From NCBI RefSeq assembly GCF_009834535.1, contig NC_045697.1:109618001-109682000 (forward strand): a stretch of 64,000 nucleotides of DNA. Reading direction: 5' to 3'. This stretch comes from Camelus ferus. Taxonomy: Eukaryota. Positions 16,745 through 29,419 of the stretch are shown piece by piece (position 1 is the first letter of the stretch; each line of letters starts with the position of its first letter). The notes under the pieces are model-generated. The model made no database searches. It was not told the origin of the DNA and worked only from the letters and a program-made list of their open reading frames with translations. A program made the translations under genes and the position numbers.

Positions 16745-17158
16745 TTTTTTTTTACTTTTTTAAAAAATTGAAGTATAGTCAATTTATAATGTTATGTCAG
16801 TTTCTGGTGTACAGTATAATGTTTCAGTTATACATACACATACATACATTTGTTTTCATATTCGTTTCATATGTATGTTTTCATACTTTTTCATTATAGG
16901 TTACTACAAGATATTGAATATAGTTCCCTGTGCTCTACAGAAGAAACTTGTTGTGTATCTATTTTATATATAGTGGTTAGTATCTGCAAATCTCAAACTC
17001 CCAGTTTATCACTTTCCACCCTCTCCCCCACCATAACCATAAGTTTGTTTTCTATGTCTGTGAGTCTGTTTCTGTTTTGTAAATAAATTCATTTGTGTCT
17101 TTTTTTTAGATTCCACATATGAGTGATATTATGTGGTATTTTTCTTTCTCTTTCTGGG
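16745..17158 (-). mobile_element. L1 3' end fragment
   Basis: Poly(T) then ATTGAAGTATAGTC...TTAGATTCCACATATGAGTGAT; flanks share GGACA(C/T)AG. Confidence 0.85.
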
Positions 17159-17749
17159 ACATAGAGTCTTTACCACTTTTTTGTTGCTTTAGACCTTAAA
17201 ACACTTTTTCCCATAAGAATAATGCTACAGGGGGCAAAGGTTTCCAAGCAAAACCTCACTGAACCGCAAATGGACCCAAAGCACATTGCTAATGATAACA
17301 TCCAGTCAAGGTCCACTGAGGAATCCTTCAAAAGGAGCAGTTAGTACCAGGGCTGTAGTTCAGAATCACATAGGAAGCTTTTCGGGCTTGCCCAGACTCT
17401 TCCCTTTATTTGCCTGGAATCTCTGATGCACAGATCTGGAGTAAATCCAGGCGTCTCTGTAAATTGTTTTTTAATTGAAGTATAGTCAGTTACAGTGTGT
17501 CAGTTTCTAGTGTACAAAACAGACTCACAGCCATCTACGCATTTTTTAGCTAATTTTAATATAATTAAATTTTTAATTAATTTAAATATAATCCCATGGG
17601 ATTATAGGGAGCACACAGATTAATCTCATTAGAAGGAAATGCATTTAGAATTCTAACTTGGGATCTACCTCGCCCCAGTGTTGTGGATAAGGAGTGATTC
17701 TCAACACTGGCAGCTCATTAGAATGTCTAAGAAGCTCTTTTAAAAAAAT

Positions 17750-19745
17750 TAAATGTTGATTTTATATTTGTTTTAGACTTACAGAAAAGATACAAAGGTA
17801 GCACAGAATTCCCAAACCAACTTTCTCCTCTAATTAGCGCCTTCATTAGTATCATAAATTTGTCACAAATAATGAGTCACCATTGATACATCATTACGAA
17901 ATGAAGTCTATACCTTATTCGGATTACTTGGTGTTTCCCTAATGTCCTTATTTTGTTTCCAGAATCCCATCCATTTAGTTGTCATGTTTCCTTGGGCTCT
18001 TTTTGCCTCTGGCAGTTTCTTAGACTTTGCTCTATTCCTATGACTTTGACAGTTTGGGGGATACTTTGTAGAGTGTCCCTCCATTGGAATTTAGCGGAGG
18101 TTTTGTTTTTGTTTTTGTTTTTTTTTTTCTTATGTTGATTACACTGGGGTTTAGGGAGGAAGATAACAGAGGTAAAGGGCCATTCTGACCACACCGTAGC
18201 AAGGTACGTGTCATCACCACGACATCACTGACAATGTGGCTCTTGATCGCCCAGCTGGAGGTAGCGTTTGTCAAGTTTCTCCACTATAAAGCTACCTGTT
18301 CTTTTCCTCCTTTCTACACTGTACTCTTTGGAAGGAAATCACCAACACCATGAGCAGCCCACACTTAAGGAGTGGGGAGTTATGGGCTATGCTCCATAAA
18401 ACTTTCTCAGGGGTGGAATATCTACATAAATTATGTGGAATTCTTCTGCATAGGAAATCTGCATATTCTCCTCTGTTTATTTATGTATCTATCTATTCAA
18501 TCATTTATTTATGTCACTATGGACTCATGGATATTTATTTTATATTTCGAGTTATAACCAAATACTATTACTACTACTCTTACCACTACTATTTTGTTGC
18601 TCAGATTGTTTCAGCTTCAGCCTGTTGGGGTCTCTTTCAGTTGGCTTCTGTGTCTCTTTGACATACACCCATCACTGTGGGCTTTCTCTTATGTGTGGAT
18701 TTTTTTTTTTTTTTTTTTAGCACTTCCTTACTTTCCTGGCACTACAAGATATTCCAGACTCATACTGTATATTCCCTGCTAAGACCTAGAATCAGCCATT
18801 TTCCAAGGAACCCTGCTTTCTTTTATTGTAGAAAGGTGTTAGAAACCAAGATATGGGCACTTGGTGTGCTCATTGCTACTGAGGTGTCGCTGTTTCTAAA
18901 CCCTCTTACCTGACAGAACATGGAAATATGTCTGTGTACACTATCCCATGTGTATACACGTTTATATATGTATCATCTACACTGAGATACATATAATCTA
19001 TATTAAGCTAAATGTGAGTTCAGACTGACGTCTTCAGCTCTTATGCATTACTACACAGACCATTCCAGCCTTCTCTCCTTGCTTGTCTGCAACCTTCTGA
19101 GAATAAGAAACATTGTTTCCACCATGAGTCTTCCATTTACTTAGTAGTCCAGTTCCAGAATGCATATATAGTGGTATCAGAATTGTTAACCACAGCCCTG
19201 AGGGAAACCATTTATGAACTAGAGTTCAGTGCTTATATACAGTTCCTTTTGCTTTTAATCTTACATCTCCACTTATTTCAAAGTTACTTAGGTCAGCACT
19301 TTTTCCCCACCCCCTTCAGTGAGGCTATTTCATACATTTGTAATACAATTAGACTCTTCTGTCAGTCTACATTGTATGCTGGCATTCCCTAACATCTTAA
19401 ATGATTTCTTTTAGATTTGCATACATTAAAGTTTATCCTTTCTGCTATAAATTACTATTGATTTTGACAAATGCATAGTGTCATGTAGTCACCATTAGAA
19501 CATCATATACAGAATAATTTCACCACCCTAAAAAAGTGTCTGTGCTTCACCAGTTCAACCCTGTTCCCTCCCTAACCCCCTGGCAACCACTGATCTCTTT
19601 AGCATCTCCATAGCTGCACCTTTTTCAGGTTGTCATATAATTGGAATCACATAGCATGTGGCTTTTTCAGACTGGCTTCTTTCACTTAGCAATATATATA
19701 TTTACGATTCATCCATGTTTTTGCATGGCTTAAGAGCTCATTCCT
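17750..19745 (-). mobile_element. Old L1 (L1MB/MC-like) 3' region
   Basis: Typical old L1 3'UTR text (TTTTAGACTTACAGAAAAG; CCCTGGCAACCACTGATCT; TTTTCAGACTGGCTTCTTTCACTTAGC). It appears to interrupt a MER5-like element (halves ~17695 and ~19750). Confidence 0.7.
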
Positions 19746-19894
19746 TTTCCTAGGGAGCTTTTAAAACAAAGCAGATGCATTGGCTCCACTCCCAGAGTCT
19801 GACTTAATTAGTTTGTGGCTCAGGAACTGGCATGAGAATGGAATTGCTCCCCCTTTGCTTCCTCTTTACCTCTGTCACAAGCACATGCACCAGT

Positions 19895-19927
19895 GCGCAC
19901 ACACGCACACACACACACACATACACC
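19895..19927. repeat. (CA)n microsatellite
   Basis: GCGCACACACGCACACACACACACACATACAC. Confidence 0.9.
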
Positions 19928-21083
19928 CATCAGTTCAAGTCACTGGTGGCTGTGCCAATGGCTTGAGGCAGTGGGTTTATATATTTGGTGGTTGGAATAA
20001 GGATGACAGGAGCTGATAAGATGTTGAAGACTGGTGGGGTGGGATCAGGTGAGAAATCTCCAGAAAAGTGGTGCTTAAAGCCTTGGTTGTCTTGCTAGGT
20101 TGAATCTCTTCTTCCTGGTTCACCGGAGAACAGAGGGCATGCAACTCTTCTCTCCCTCTCCTGTCCATAAACAAGCACAAGAGGCTTTGGGAGTATTCTC
20201 AAGGGGGGATGGCTCTGGTTTTTGTTGGAGGAACTGGGAATAAATATTCTCCCTCCTGTGCTCACCTTAAACCTTATTGAAAAAGGCAGCTGTCCCAGAG
20301 ATGACATATGGTAGAGGATCCCAGCATCTCACCACAGGAGCTGGGTTTCAGGCTCTAGGGAAAGAGTAAGATGGTGCCTACAGAGATGGGAAAGGGGAGG
20401 GGAGGGGATGAGGTCAAGGTTATGTTAACTCAGTCCTGCCCCGTAAATGGAGAGAGAGAACAGTCCAGAAGTTCACTCTGCTCTTGTTATTTATTCACAT
20501 TGGGTTTCCCGTTTCACACTGGCTGTGTACCAAGAGACTGGTAGAGGGCAGAGGTGTGGAATTCCTGAAGCCACTGGGCCATCCCCCAAGCCCTTGGTAT
20601 GTAAGTTTTTAAGAGATGTGCATGTGTCAGACACAGATGGGTACTCCTAATACCTGAATCTGGAATCCATCTAACCAGAAAGGACGTCCATCCTGAGTTT
20701 TAATTTAAAGAGAGTTAAAAGAAAAACTATTAGGGATTTTTTTTTAATTCCAGGGAACAATATATAGTCAGAACATATTCAGTACACTTTTTAAGTCTTC
20801 TCCTTCTTCAAATGCTATATAACTCATCTTATGATAAATATTACCCTGAGGCACTGGTTGATTCTTAAGCATTTTATGTGCATCAAATATGACTTTTATT
20901 TGCATCAACAGAGATAAAGGGCTTTTTTTATTGTTGAATTTTATGAGTTCTTTAAATGTGGGCAATTTGAGTATGCTAGATGTAGTTACTTCCAAATAAT
21001 TACTGTATTTTATTTAAAAAAGATCCCTTCTTTCTCAACCACTTTATGTAAATAAGAAATTTATTTAAAAAATAGCCTTATTC

Positions 21084-21217
21084 TTTTTTTCAGGGAGTTG
21101 GGAGGATAGATAATTAGGTTTGTTTGTTTGTTTGTTTGTTTACTGGAGGCACTGGGAATTGAACCCAGGACTTCATGCATGCTATGCACACGTTTTACCA
21201 CTGAGCTATACCCTCCC
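21084..21217 (-). mobile_element. tRNA-derived SINE (Vic-1-like) with (TTTG)n linker
   Basis: Reverse-complement SINE consensus ending GAGCTATACCCTCCC. Confidence 0.85.
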
Positions 21218-21301
21218 TTCCGAGAAATTCATTTTGCAATGAATTAGTTAAGATAGTTTTGATGCCAGGAGAACCAGGGAGCATTTGGGCTGGGAGAATC
21301 A

Positions 21302-21694
<393 letters not shown>

Positions 21695-21786
21695 TTACCA
21701 TTCAGTGCTAAGTGGACAAAGCAGTTCTTGAGAGAGTGTTTACAGGCTCCTTAGGGCCCCAGTGCTGAGACAAGTCGACTCTCTCC

Positions 21787-21970
21787 AGCGGTTCTCAAGC
21801 TTGGCTGCACGTGGAAAAACCTGGGCAGCTTGTCAAAACCTCCATCTCCAGGCTGTGAGCCAGGGCCAATTACATCAGGCTTTCTGGGGGTGGGGCCCAT
21901 GCAGCAATATTTTTGGAGGCTTTCCAGATGCCAGGTGGTCCCAGTGGGCAGCTAACATTAAGACCCTCTT
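21787..21970. mobile_element. MER5-like hAT-Charlie MITE
   Basis: Begins CAGCGGTTCTCAAG, with MER5-type internal text. Confidence 0.6.
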
Positions 21971-22069
21971 TAATAGTGCAATGGTTCTCAGTCCTAACTA
22001 TAGAATTAGCGTCACCTGTGGAGACTCACACATCTACTGATACATGAGCCCACCTTCTGGGGCTCTTTT

Positions 22070-22770
22070 TTTCCTTTTCTTTTTATAATTAATTAATTAA
22101 TTTTTATTGAAGTATAGTTGGTTTGCGATGTTATGCTAATTTCTGGTGTACAGCATAGTGATTCAGTGATACATATATATATTCCTTCTCATATTCTTTT
22201 TCCATTGTAGATTGTTACATGATTTTGAATATAGTTCCCTGTACTATACAGTAGGACCTAGTTGTTTATCTATTTTATATATAGTAGTTTGTATCTGCTA
22301 ATGCCGAGCTCCCAATTTATCCCTCCACCCCTCCTTCCTCCCGGTAACCATAAACTTGTTTTCTATGTCTGTGAGTCTGTTTCTGTTTTGTAAATAAGTT
22401 CATTTGTATCATATTTTAGATTCCACATATAAGTGATCTCTTTGTCTTGCTCTTTCTGGCTTACTTCGCCTAGTATGACGATCTCCAAGTCCATCCATGT
22501 TGCTGCAAATGGCATTACTTTATTCTTTTTTATGGCTGAGTAGTTTTCCATTGTATACATACACCACAATTTCTTTATCCAGTCATCTATTGATGTACAT
22601 TTAGGTTGTTTCTATGTCTTGGTTATTGTAAATAATGCCACTATGAGCATTGGGGTGCATGTATCTTTTTGAATTAGAGTTTCCTCTGGATATATGCCCA
22701 GGAGTGGGAATGCTGGATCATAGGGTAAGTCTATTTTCAGTTTTTAAAGAAAGTTCCATACTGTTTTTAT
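22070..22770 (-). mobile_element. L1 3' end fragment (ORF2 C-terminus + 3'UTR)
   Basis: ORF 22363-22569 (MWCMYTMENYSAIKKNKVMPFAATWMDLE) is the L1 ORF2 C-terminus; poly(T) at left end. Confidence 0.92.
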
Positions 22771-23794
22771 TTTTAAATTACATTTTGTTTAAATTAGAGG
22801 GACTTTAAGTGGCCTGGGGTGAGGTCTGGACAGCAGCTAGGGCTGAGAATCCCTGCTTTCAAGCTTAGATTTTATAGAATATTTTCAAATACTTTATCTT
22901 ACTGAAAATATTTGAGACAGATTGCATTGTCCCCACTTTACCCTTGAGAAAATGGAGCCTTAGAAAAAAATGATTTGCTCATTCGTGATGACTGGTGCAA
23001 AACAAAAGTAGGACTGCAGCTCAAACTTTGATGCCCATTGCTACTATGCTGTAATTGCTGTGTGTTAATCAAAAAAAATTTTTTGCAAGTTGGATCGTAT
23101 TTCAAATACACTAGGATTCTCTATGCTAACTCTCTCTTTCTTTTTTAAAGATAAATATTTCTTTAAAAGTTAATGATTAGCTCCTAATTTAACATCTGCC
23201 TTTTTTTTTTTTTAATTGAAGTATAGCCAGTTACAATGTGTCAATTTCTGATGTACAACATCTGGCTCTTCATCATGGCACTTTTGGTTTGCTATCTCTA
23301 TAAACAGTCTCAAAAACTAGAGCAGAAGTAGCTGGATCTGACTGAGTCGGGAAGGGAGTGGAGAGCAGTTGGGGAGTCTGTCTCTGGAAGCTTTTCCAGG
23401 TTGTTTCTGTGCTCTGTTAATCTTGAGGAGGAAATGGTAAAGGCAGAGGCTTTGTAGACCGAGAGGGCAGAGGTGTTTTGGTGACATGAACTGGGAATTC
23501 CAACACAGCGGGTGGCTTCATCCCTTCAGGGTTTGAGAGTTGGGACAGTGCAGAGTAATGAAGATGACCTTCCCTCACATCCCAGGGGAACATGTATTTA
23601 TAATCTAATTGATAAAAAGTGTAGCAATGAATTTGTGATTCTGCAGAAAGGAATCAATACAATTATGCTCAACAACTAGTGAAAAAAACAGTTGCTTCCC
23701 ATCTGAAGGGTTAGGTTCTTGGTATGACTCACTATAGGAAAATGAGGTTAAGGTTTTTTGTTTTAAGTTGTAATTTTTTCTTCTTATTATTATT

Positions 23795-23928
23795 TACTTT
23801 TTTTGGTGGGGGGGATAGGTAATTAGGTTTATTTATTTATTTGCTTGTTGATGGAGGTACTGGGGATTGAACCCAGGACCTTGTGCTTGCTAAATGTGAG
23901 CTCTACCACTGGGCTATACCCTCCCCCC
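23795..23928 (-). mobile_element. tRNA-derived SINE (Vic-1-like)
   Basis: Reverse-complement SINE consensus. Confidence 0.85.
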
Positions 23929-23959
23929 AAGGATCTTAAAATGAGGGCATATATTAAAA

Positions 23960-24142
23960 GATAATATAGCACAGGGAAATATATACAAGATCTTGTGGTA
24001 GCTCACAGCGAAAAAAAAATATGACAATGAATATATGTATGTTCATGTATAACTGAAAAATTGTGCTCTACACTGGAATTTGACACAACATTGTAAAATG
24101 ACTATAACTCAAAATAATATGTTCAAAAAAAAAGAAAAAAAA
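23960..24142 (+). mobile_element. L1 3' terminus with A-tail
   Basis: ATATAGCACAGGGAAATATAT...ACATTGTAAAATGACTATAACTC, A-rich tail; flanking AAAAGATAAT repeat. Confidence 0.8.
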
Positions 24143-24815
24143 GATAATAATCTTGGAGCAACAATAGTCCCAAGTAATTTCACAGAAGTCCTTAATATTT
24201 TACATTCATTAAAATACAGTATACTGAAAAAATAAATCAGTGTCTTTCTATAGCGTTAGTAATAATAGATTTGTACAATTGTTTTCTATGCTTCTCCTGC
24301 AAGAAAATGGTATGAGCTCCTTCTCTGAAAGTTGCATGCAATAAAATCAGGTCGCTGTGTTGATGAAGGAAGAGCCCTTTCCCCCAGGGCTGATTCTCCA
24401 ATTGTCTTTTTTATTTTATGGGTTAAGGGCTGCCAACCTCTGCCTTTCAATTTCTATTAAAGTCCCAGAGATTTAGAGTAACTTTGATGTGAAAAAGATT
24501 CTGGGGAATTTTCATTTGAGTTGCTTTCCACAGCTGTGTGCCTGTCTTAAATTCTCTCTCCAGAATGTAGGTCGATTACACAGCCTCGGTCCTTCCCTGC
24601 AGGAACCCCACCACAGCGCATCTCAGCAACACTCTTCCTGACGGGAGCTCGGTTCTGAGTCATAGATACAATTATCTTGGTTTCCCTTATTTCTACCCAG
24701 ACTTTCTCGCTCTACTATTTCACTTCTCTTTCAATTTCTAAGTACGCAGTTTCCTCCTTTTCTAACTGCCCTCAGCAAAAGGGATTTCCTGGATACCAGA
24801 AAGAAAATTCTAGAG

Positions 24816-25083
24816 CAGTGCTGTCCAATGAATATAGATTAGACATAAAGAGAAAATGAAAAAATTTCTTGTAACCACATTAAAAAGGTAAAAAGAAAGG
24901 GATAAAATAATTTCACCGATACATCCAGAGTACTATTATCTCAACATGTAGGTGATATAAAAATTATTTTCATATACTGTCTTTCAAATCCAATGTGTAT
25001 TTTAGACTTATAGCATCTCTTATTTCATATTCTAAGTGCTCAGTAGTTACATAAACTAGTGGATACTGTATTGGATAACATTG
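24816..25083. mobile_element. MER3/MER33-like hAT-Charlie MITE with intact 8-bp TSD
   Basis: TIRs CAGTGCTGTCCAAT / ATTGGATAACATTG; TTCTAGAG at 24808-24815 and 25084-25091. Confidence 0.8.
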
Positions 25084-25091
25084 TTCTAGAG

Positions 25092-25341
25092 GTTTTTTGT
25101 TTTTGTTTGTTTGCTTTTTAAAATTGAAGTACAGTCAGTTACAATGTGTCAGTTTCTGGTGTACAGCATAATGTCCCAGTCACACATATATATTCACCTA
25201 TTCATTTTCATGTTCTTTTCATTTAAGGTTATTACAAGATATTGAATATAGTTCCTTGTGTAATACAGAAGAAATTTTTTTTATCTATTTTTATATATAG
25301 TAGTTAATATTTGTAAATCTTGAACTCCCAAACATATCCCA
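25092..25341 (-). mobile_element. L1 3' end fragment
   Basis: ATTGAAGTACAGTCAGTTACAATGTGTC...; flanks TTCTAGA(G/C)GTTTT on both sides. Confidence 0.85.
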
Positions 25342-25792
25342 TTCTAGACGTTTTAATGTGAAAGAGATTCTGGGGAACTTTCATTTGAGCTGCTTTCCAC
25401 AGCTGTGTGGTCTGTCTTAAATTATCTTCCCAGAATATAGGAAGAAGCTATATAGAAAGAAATGACATTTCAGAATTTTGTGGAAGGGAAATTTGTAGTT
25501 CAGTAAGAATTACTCTATCACAAATGTAGGCCTGCTTTTAATGGTAATCTTTTGAATTTGTAGATTCTCTTTAAAGCTTATAATTTTTGGAACAATTTTT
25601 AATCTGTGGGTTTTCTCTTCCTTTTCTACTGGTTTCCCCCAATGACATCTACTATAACAATGACAGTACTATAAACAATGTGTGCATGGAAAGTTATGGG
25701 GCCAAATGCAGCTTCCAGATACAGAGAAGTGGCCCAGGTGAATGTGACGAGCAAGTGCTTGGAGATATTAATGTCTTCATTGGAAACACTTA

Positions 25793-25942
<150 letters not shown>

Positions 25943-27049
25943 TTAGAAAATACTTTATCTTTTTCAAACACTGTTATGTCAGTTTTTAGTTTCTAAAATT
26001 CTACTTACGCCATATAAGAACCTGAGTATATTGTATCAGCTGAACTTAATAATAATCTAGAGTCTGAGTATACTATGAACAAGCAATGTATAAATAGTAC
26101 TGTCATGCACACAGGATTCTATGCACATGCACGTGTCAATTCATTGTGATTTATTTACATTCCTCATGTAAAAACTGCCTTCAGGAATGGTTAGTCTCTA
26201 TGGGGCCCCGCCTACTTTCCTCTCCTCCTTTTCTCACTTGGCCCTCAGGTTCGCTTAGAGTGGTTTTGGTAGGAGCACCCTGGAGGCAAGCAAAAGATGG
26301 AAGTCAAGAAGGGAGACCTTCTCCTCCAGGCGTTTCTCTTCCCTCCTCCTCCTGCTGCTCCCAGCCCCAGGGCAGCGCTCATCACCCCTCCACCACCAGC
26401 TCTCCACTCGAACAGCCCCTCCCCCAGCCCTGGAACAAGAGAGCTTCAGACTTGTCTTTTCTGCTCCGTGGACGGGTCCTTTGTGAGTCCCACACTCGCC
26501 ATGACGACCCCTAAGGCTTCCCCTCTTCCCACAGGGTCCAACTGGAGAAGTGAGACGACTGGGGACGGAGGGCAAGAGTGGAGATGATCTAGAAGGAGCC
26601 ATGCATTGTGTTTGTTTCCCTCGCTCCAGGCAGTAAAAGCCCTTAGCCAAACTGCAGAAAGGGCCACGGGGATGCTCCATGCCTGAGAGAATGTGGGAAG
26701 AGGCTACCAGGGCTCCACCCACTGGAACAAGAAGCAGTGGGGCTGGAGGGCCCTCCTTGGTACCCAGAGAAGATAACGGGGTGCTGAGATGTTGCACACA
26801 GGGGTGAATATGGCAGGAGGCCCTGTTAGTCCTCAGCCCTTCCCTTCCCCATCCTCTTGAACCCTCTCTCCTGCATTTCAGGCCAAACTTCATTCAGAGT
26901 TTCCCTCCAGAGACTTGGCTCTACCCTTTCACCTCTGACCCCTGGAGCCCTGTCCCCAACTCTCTCACCTTCCCTGACCTCCTCCCTGTTGGAGGCATTG
27001 CACCAAATACTTAAGCCCTTTGGTATTACTGGTACAATGTTTCAGTGTT

Positions 27050-27220
27050 ATTTTATTTATTTATCAAAATTTTTAATTGGAGTGTAGTTGACTTATAATA
27101 TTATATTAGTTTCAGGTGTACAATATAGTGATTTGAGATTTTTATAAATTAAGAAATTATCACCACTATGAGTCTAGTCACCACCTATCACTATACAAAG
27201 TTTTTACAATATCGATTATA
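27050..27220 (-). mobile_element. L1 3' terminus, interrupted by Tigger1
   Basis: AATTGGAGTGTAGTTGACTTATAATATTATATTAGTTTCAGGTGTACA L1 3' end motif. Confidence 0.75.
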
Positions 27221-29418
27221 TAGGCAGACCTCGTTTTATTGCACTTGGCTTGACTGCACATCACAGATACTGTGTTTTTTTTACAAATTGAAGGTTTGCG
27301 ACAACCCTGCATTGAACAAGCCTAGAGGCGCCATTTTCCCCAGCAGTATTGCTCACATCATGTCTCTGTGTCACATTTTGGTCATTCTCATGATATTTCA
27401 AACTTTTTCATTATTATTACACTTGTTATGGTGATCTGTGATCAGTGATCTTTGATGTTTTGATTGTAATAGTTTTGGGGCGCCACAAACCACATCCATG
27501 TAAGACAGCAAACTTAACCATAAATGCTGGGTATGTTCTGACTGCTCCTAACCAGACCGGCCATTCCCCCATCTCTAGCCCCTTCTCCTCCAGCCTCTCT
27601 ATTCCCTGAGACACAGTAATACTGAAATTAGGTTGACTAATAACTCTACAAGTGTTCAAGTGAGAGGAAGAGTCACATGGCTCTCACTGGAAATCAGAAA
27701 CTAGAAATGATGAAGCTTGGTGAGAAAGGTATGCTGAAATCTGAGACAGGCTGAAAAGCTATGCCTCTTGTGTCAGACAGTGAGCCACGCTGTGAATGCA
27801 AATGAAAAAGTGCTAGAAAGAAATGAAAAGTGTCGCTCCAGTGAACACACCAATGAAAGTGAAACAGCCTTATTGCTGATGTGGAGGAAGTTTGAGTGGT
27901 CTGGATAGAGGATCAAACCAGCCACAACATTCTCTTAAGCCAAAGCCTAATTCAGGGCAAGACCCTAACTGTCTTTGATTCTGTGAAGGCTGAGAGAGGT
28001 GAGGAAGCTGCAGAAGGAAAGTTTGAAGTTAGCAGAGGTTGATTCATGAGGTTTAAGGAAAGACACTGTTTCCACAAAAGTACAAGGTGAAGCAGCAAGT
28101 GCTAATGTAGAAGCTGCAGCCAAGTTATCCAGAAGATCTAGCTCAGATCACTCACGAAGATAGCAGCACTGAATAGCAGATTTTTAGTATAGACAAAACA
28201 GCCTTCTATTGGAAGATGCCATCTAAGGCTTTCATAGCTAGAGAGAAGTCAATGCCTCGCTTCAAAGCTTCAAAGGACAGACTGACTCTCTTGTTAGGGG
28301 CTATTGCAGCTGGTGACTTTATGTTGAAGCCAATGCTCATTTACCATCCTGAAAATTCTAGGATCCTGAAGAATTATGCTCAGTCTACTCTGCTTCTGCT
28401 CTATAAATGGAACAACAGACTGGATTAGAGCACATCGATTAACAACAGGGTTTACTGAATACTTTAAGCTCACTGTTGAGAATTACTACTCAGAAAAAGA
28501 GACTCCTTTCAAAATATTACTGCTCATTGACAATGCACCTGGTTACCCAAGAGCTCTGATGGAGATGGACGAGATGAATGTTTTTATGCCTACTAACACA
28601 ACATCCATTCTGCAGCTCATGGATCAACCAATTACAACTTTCAAGTCTTATTATTTAAAGAAGTACATTTCATGAGCTATGGCTGTTGTAAATAGTGATT
28701 TCTCTGGTGGACCTGGGCAAAGTCAATTGAAAACTTTCTGGAAAGGATTCCCCATTCTAGATGTCATTAGGAACATTTGTGATTCATGGGAAGAGATCAA
28801 AATATCAACATTGACAGGAGTTTGGAAGAAGTTGATTCCCGTCCTTATGGATGACTTTGAGGGGTTCAAGCCTTCAGTGGAGGATGGAACTGCAGATGTG
28901 GTGGAAATAGCAAAAGAACTAGAATTAGAAGTGGAGCCTGAAGAAGTGAATTACTTGCTGCAGCCTCATGATAAAATTCAAAAGGATGAGGCATTGCTTC
29001 CTACGGATGAGCAAAGAAAGTGGTTTCTTGAGGTGGAAACTACTCCTGGTAAAGATGTTGTGAAGACTGCTGAAATGACAACAAAGGATTTAGAATATTA
29101 CATAAACTTAGTTGATAAAGCAGTGGTGGAGTGTGAGAAGATTGACTCTAATTTTGAAAGAAGTTCTACTGTGGGTAAAATGCTATCAAATAGCATTGTA
29201 TGCTACAGAGAATCATTCATGAAAAGAAGAGTCAATGCATGCAGCAAACTTTATTGTTGACTTATTTTAAGGAATTTCCACACCCACCTCAACCTTTAGC
29301 AACCACCATGCTGATCAGTCAGCAGCCATCAACATTGAGGCAAGACCATTCCATTCAATGAAGGCTCAGATGATGGCTATAAATTTTTTAGCAATGAAAT
29401 ATTTTAAATTAAGGTATG
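27221..29418 (+). mobile_element. Tigger1 (TcMar/pogo) DNA transposon, decayed transposase, right end missing
   Basis: Left end (T)AGGCAGACCTCGTTTTATTGC after TA. Frameshifted ORF pieces 28216-28428, 28376-28675 and 28679-29260 encode Tigger1 DDE-type transposase motifs ([38 protein letters not shown]). Confidence 0.95.
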
Positions 29419-29419
29419 G

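Larger units (their letters stand above)
24483..25440 (+). repeat. ~88-bp imperfect direct repeat pair (24483-24571 and 25352-25440)
   Basis: ATGTGAAA(A/G)AGATTCTGGGGAA(T/C)TTTCATTTGAG(T/C)TGCTTTCCACAGCTGTGTG...TGTCTTAAATT...CCAGAAT(G/A)TAGG occurs twice. Confidence 0.9.

Noticed and set aside
27650..29260. Domesticated or active Tigger transposase (TIGD1-like gene)
   Set aside because: Start region deleted, multiple stops and frameshifts split the ORF, right TIR absent.
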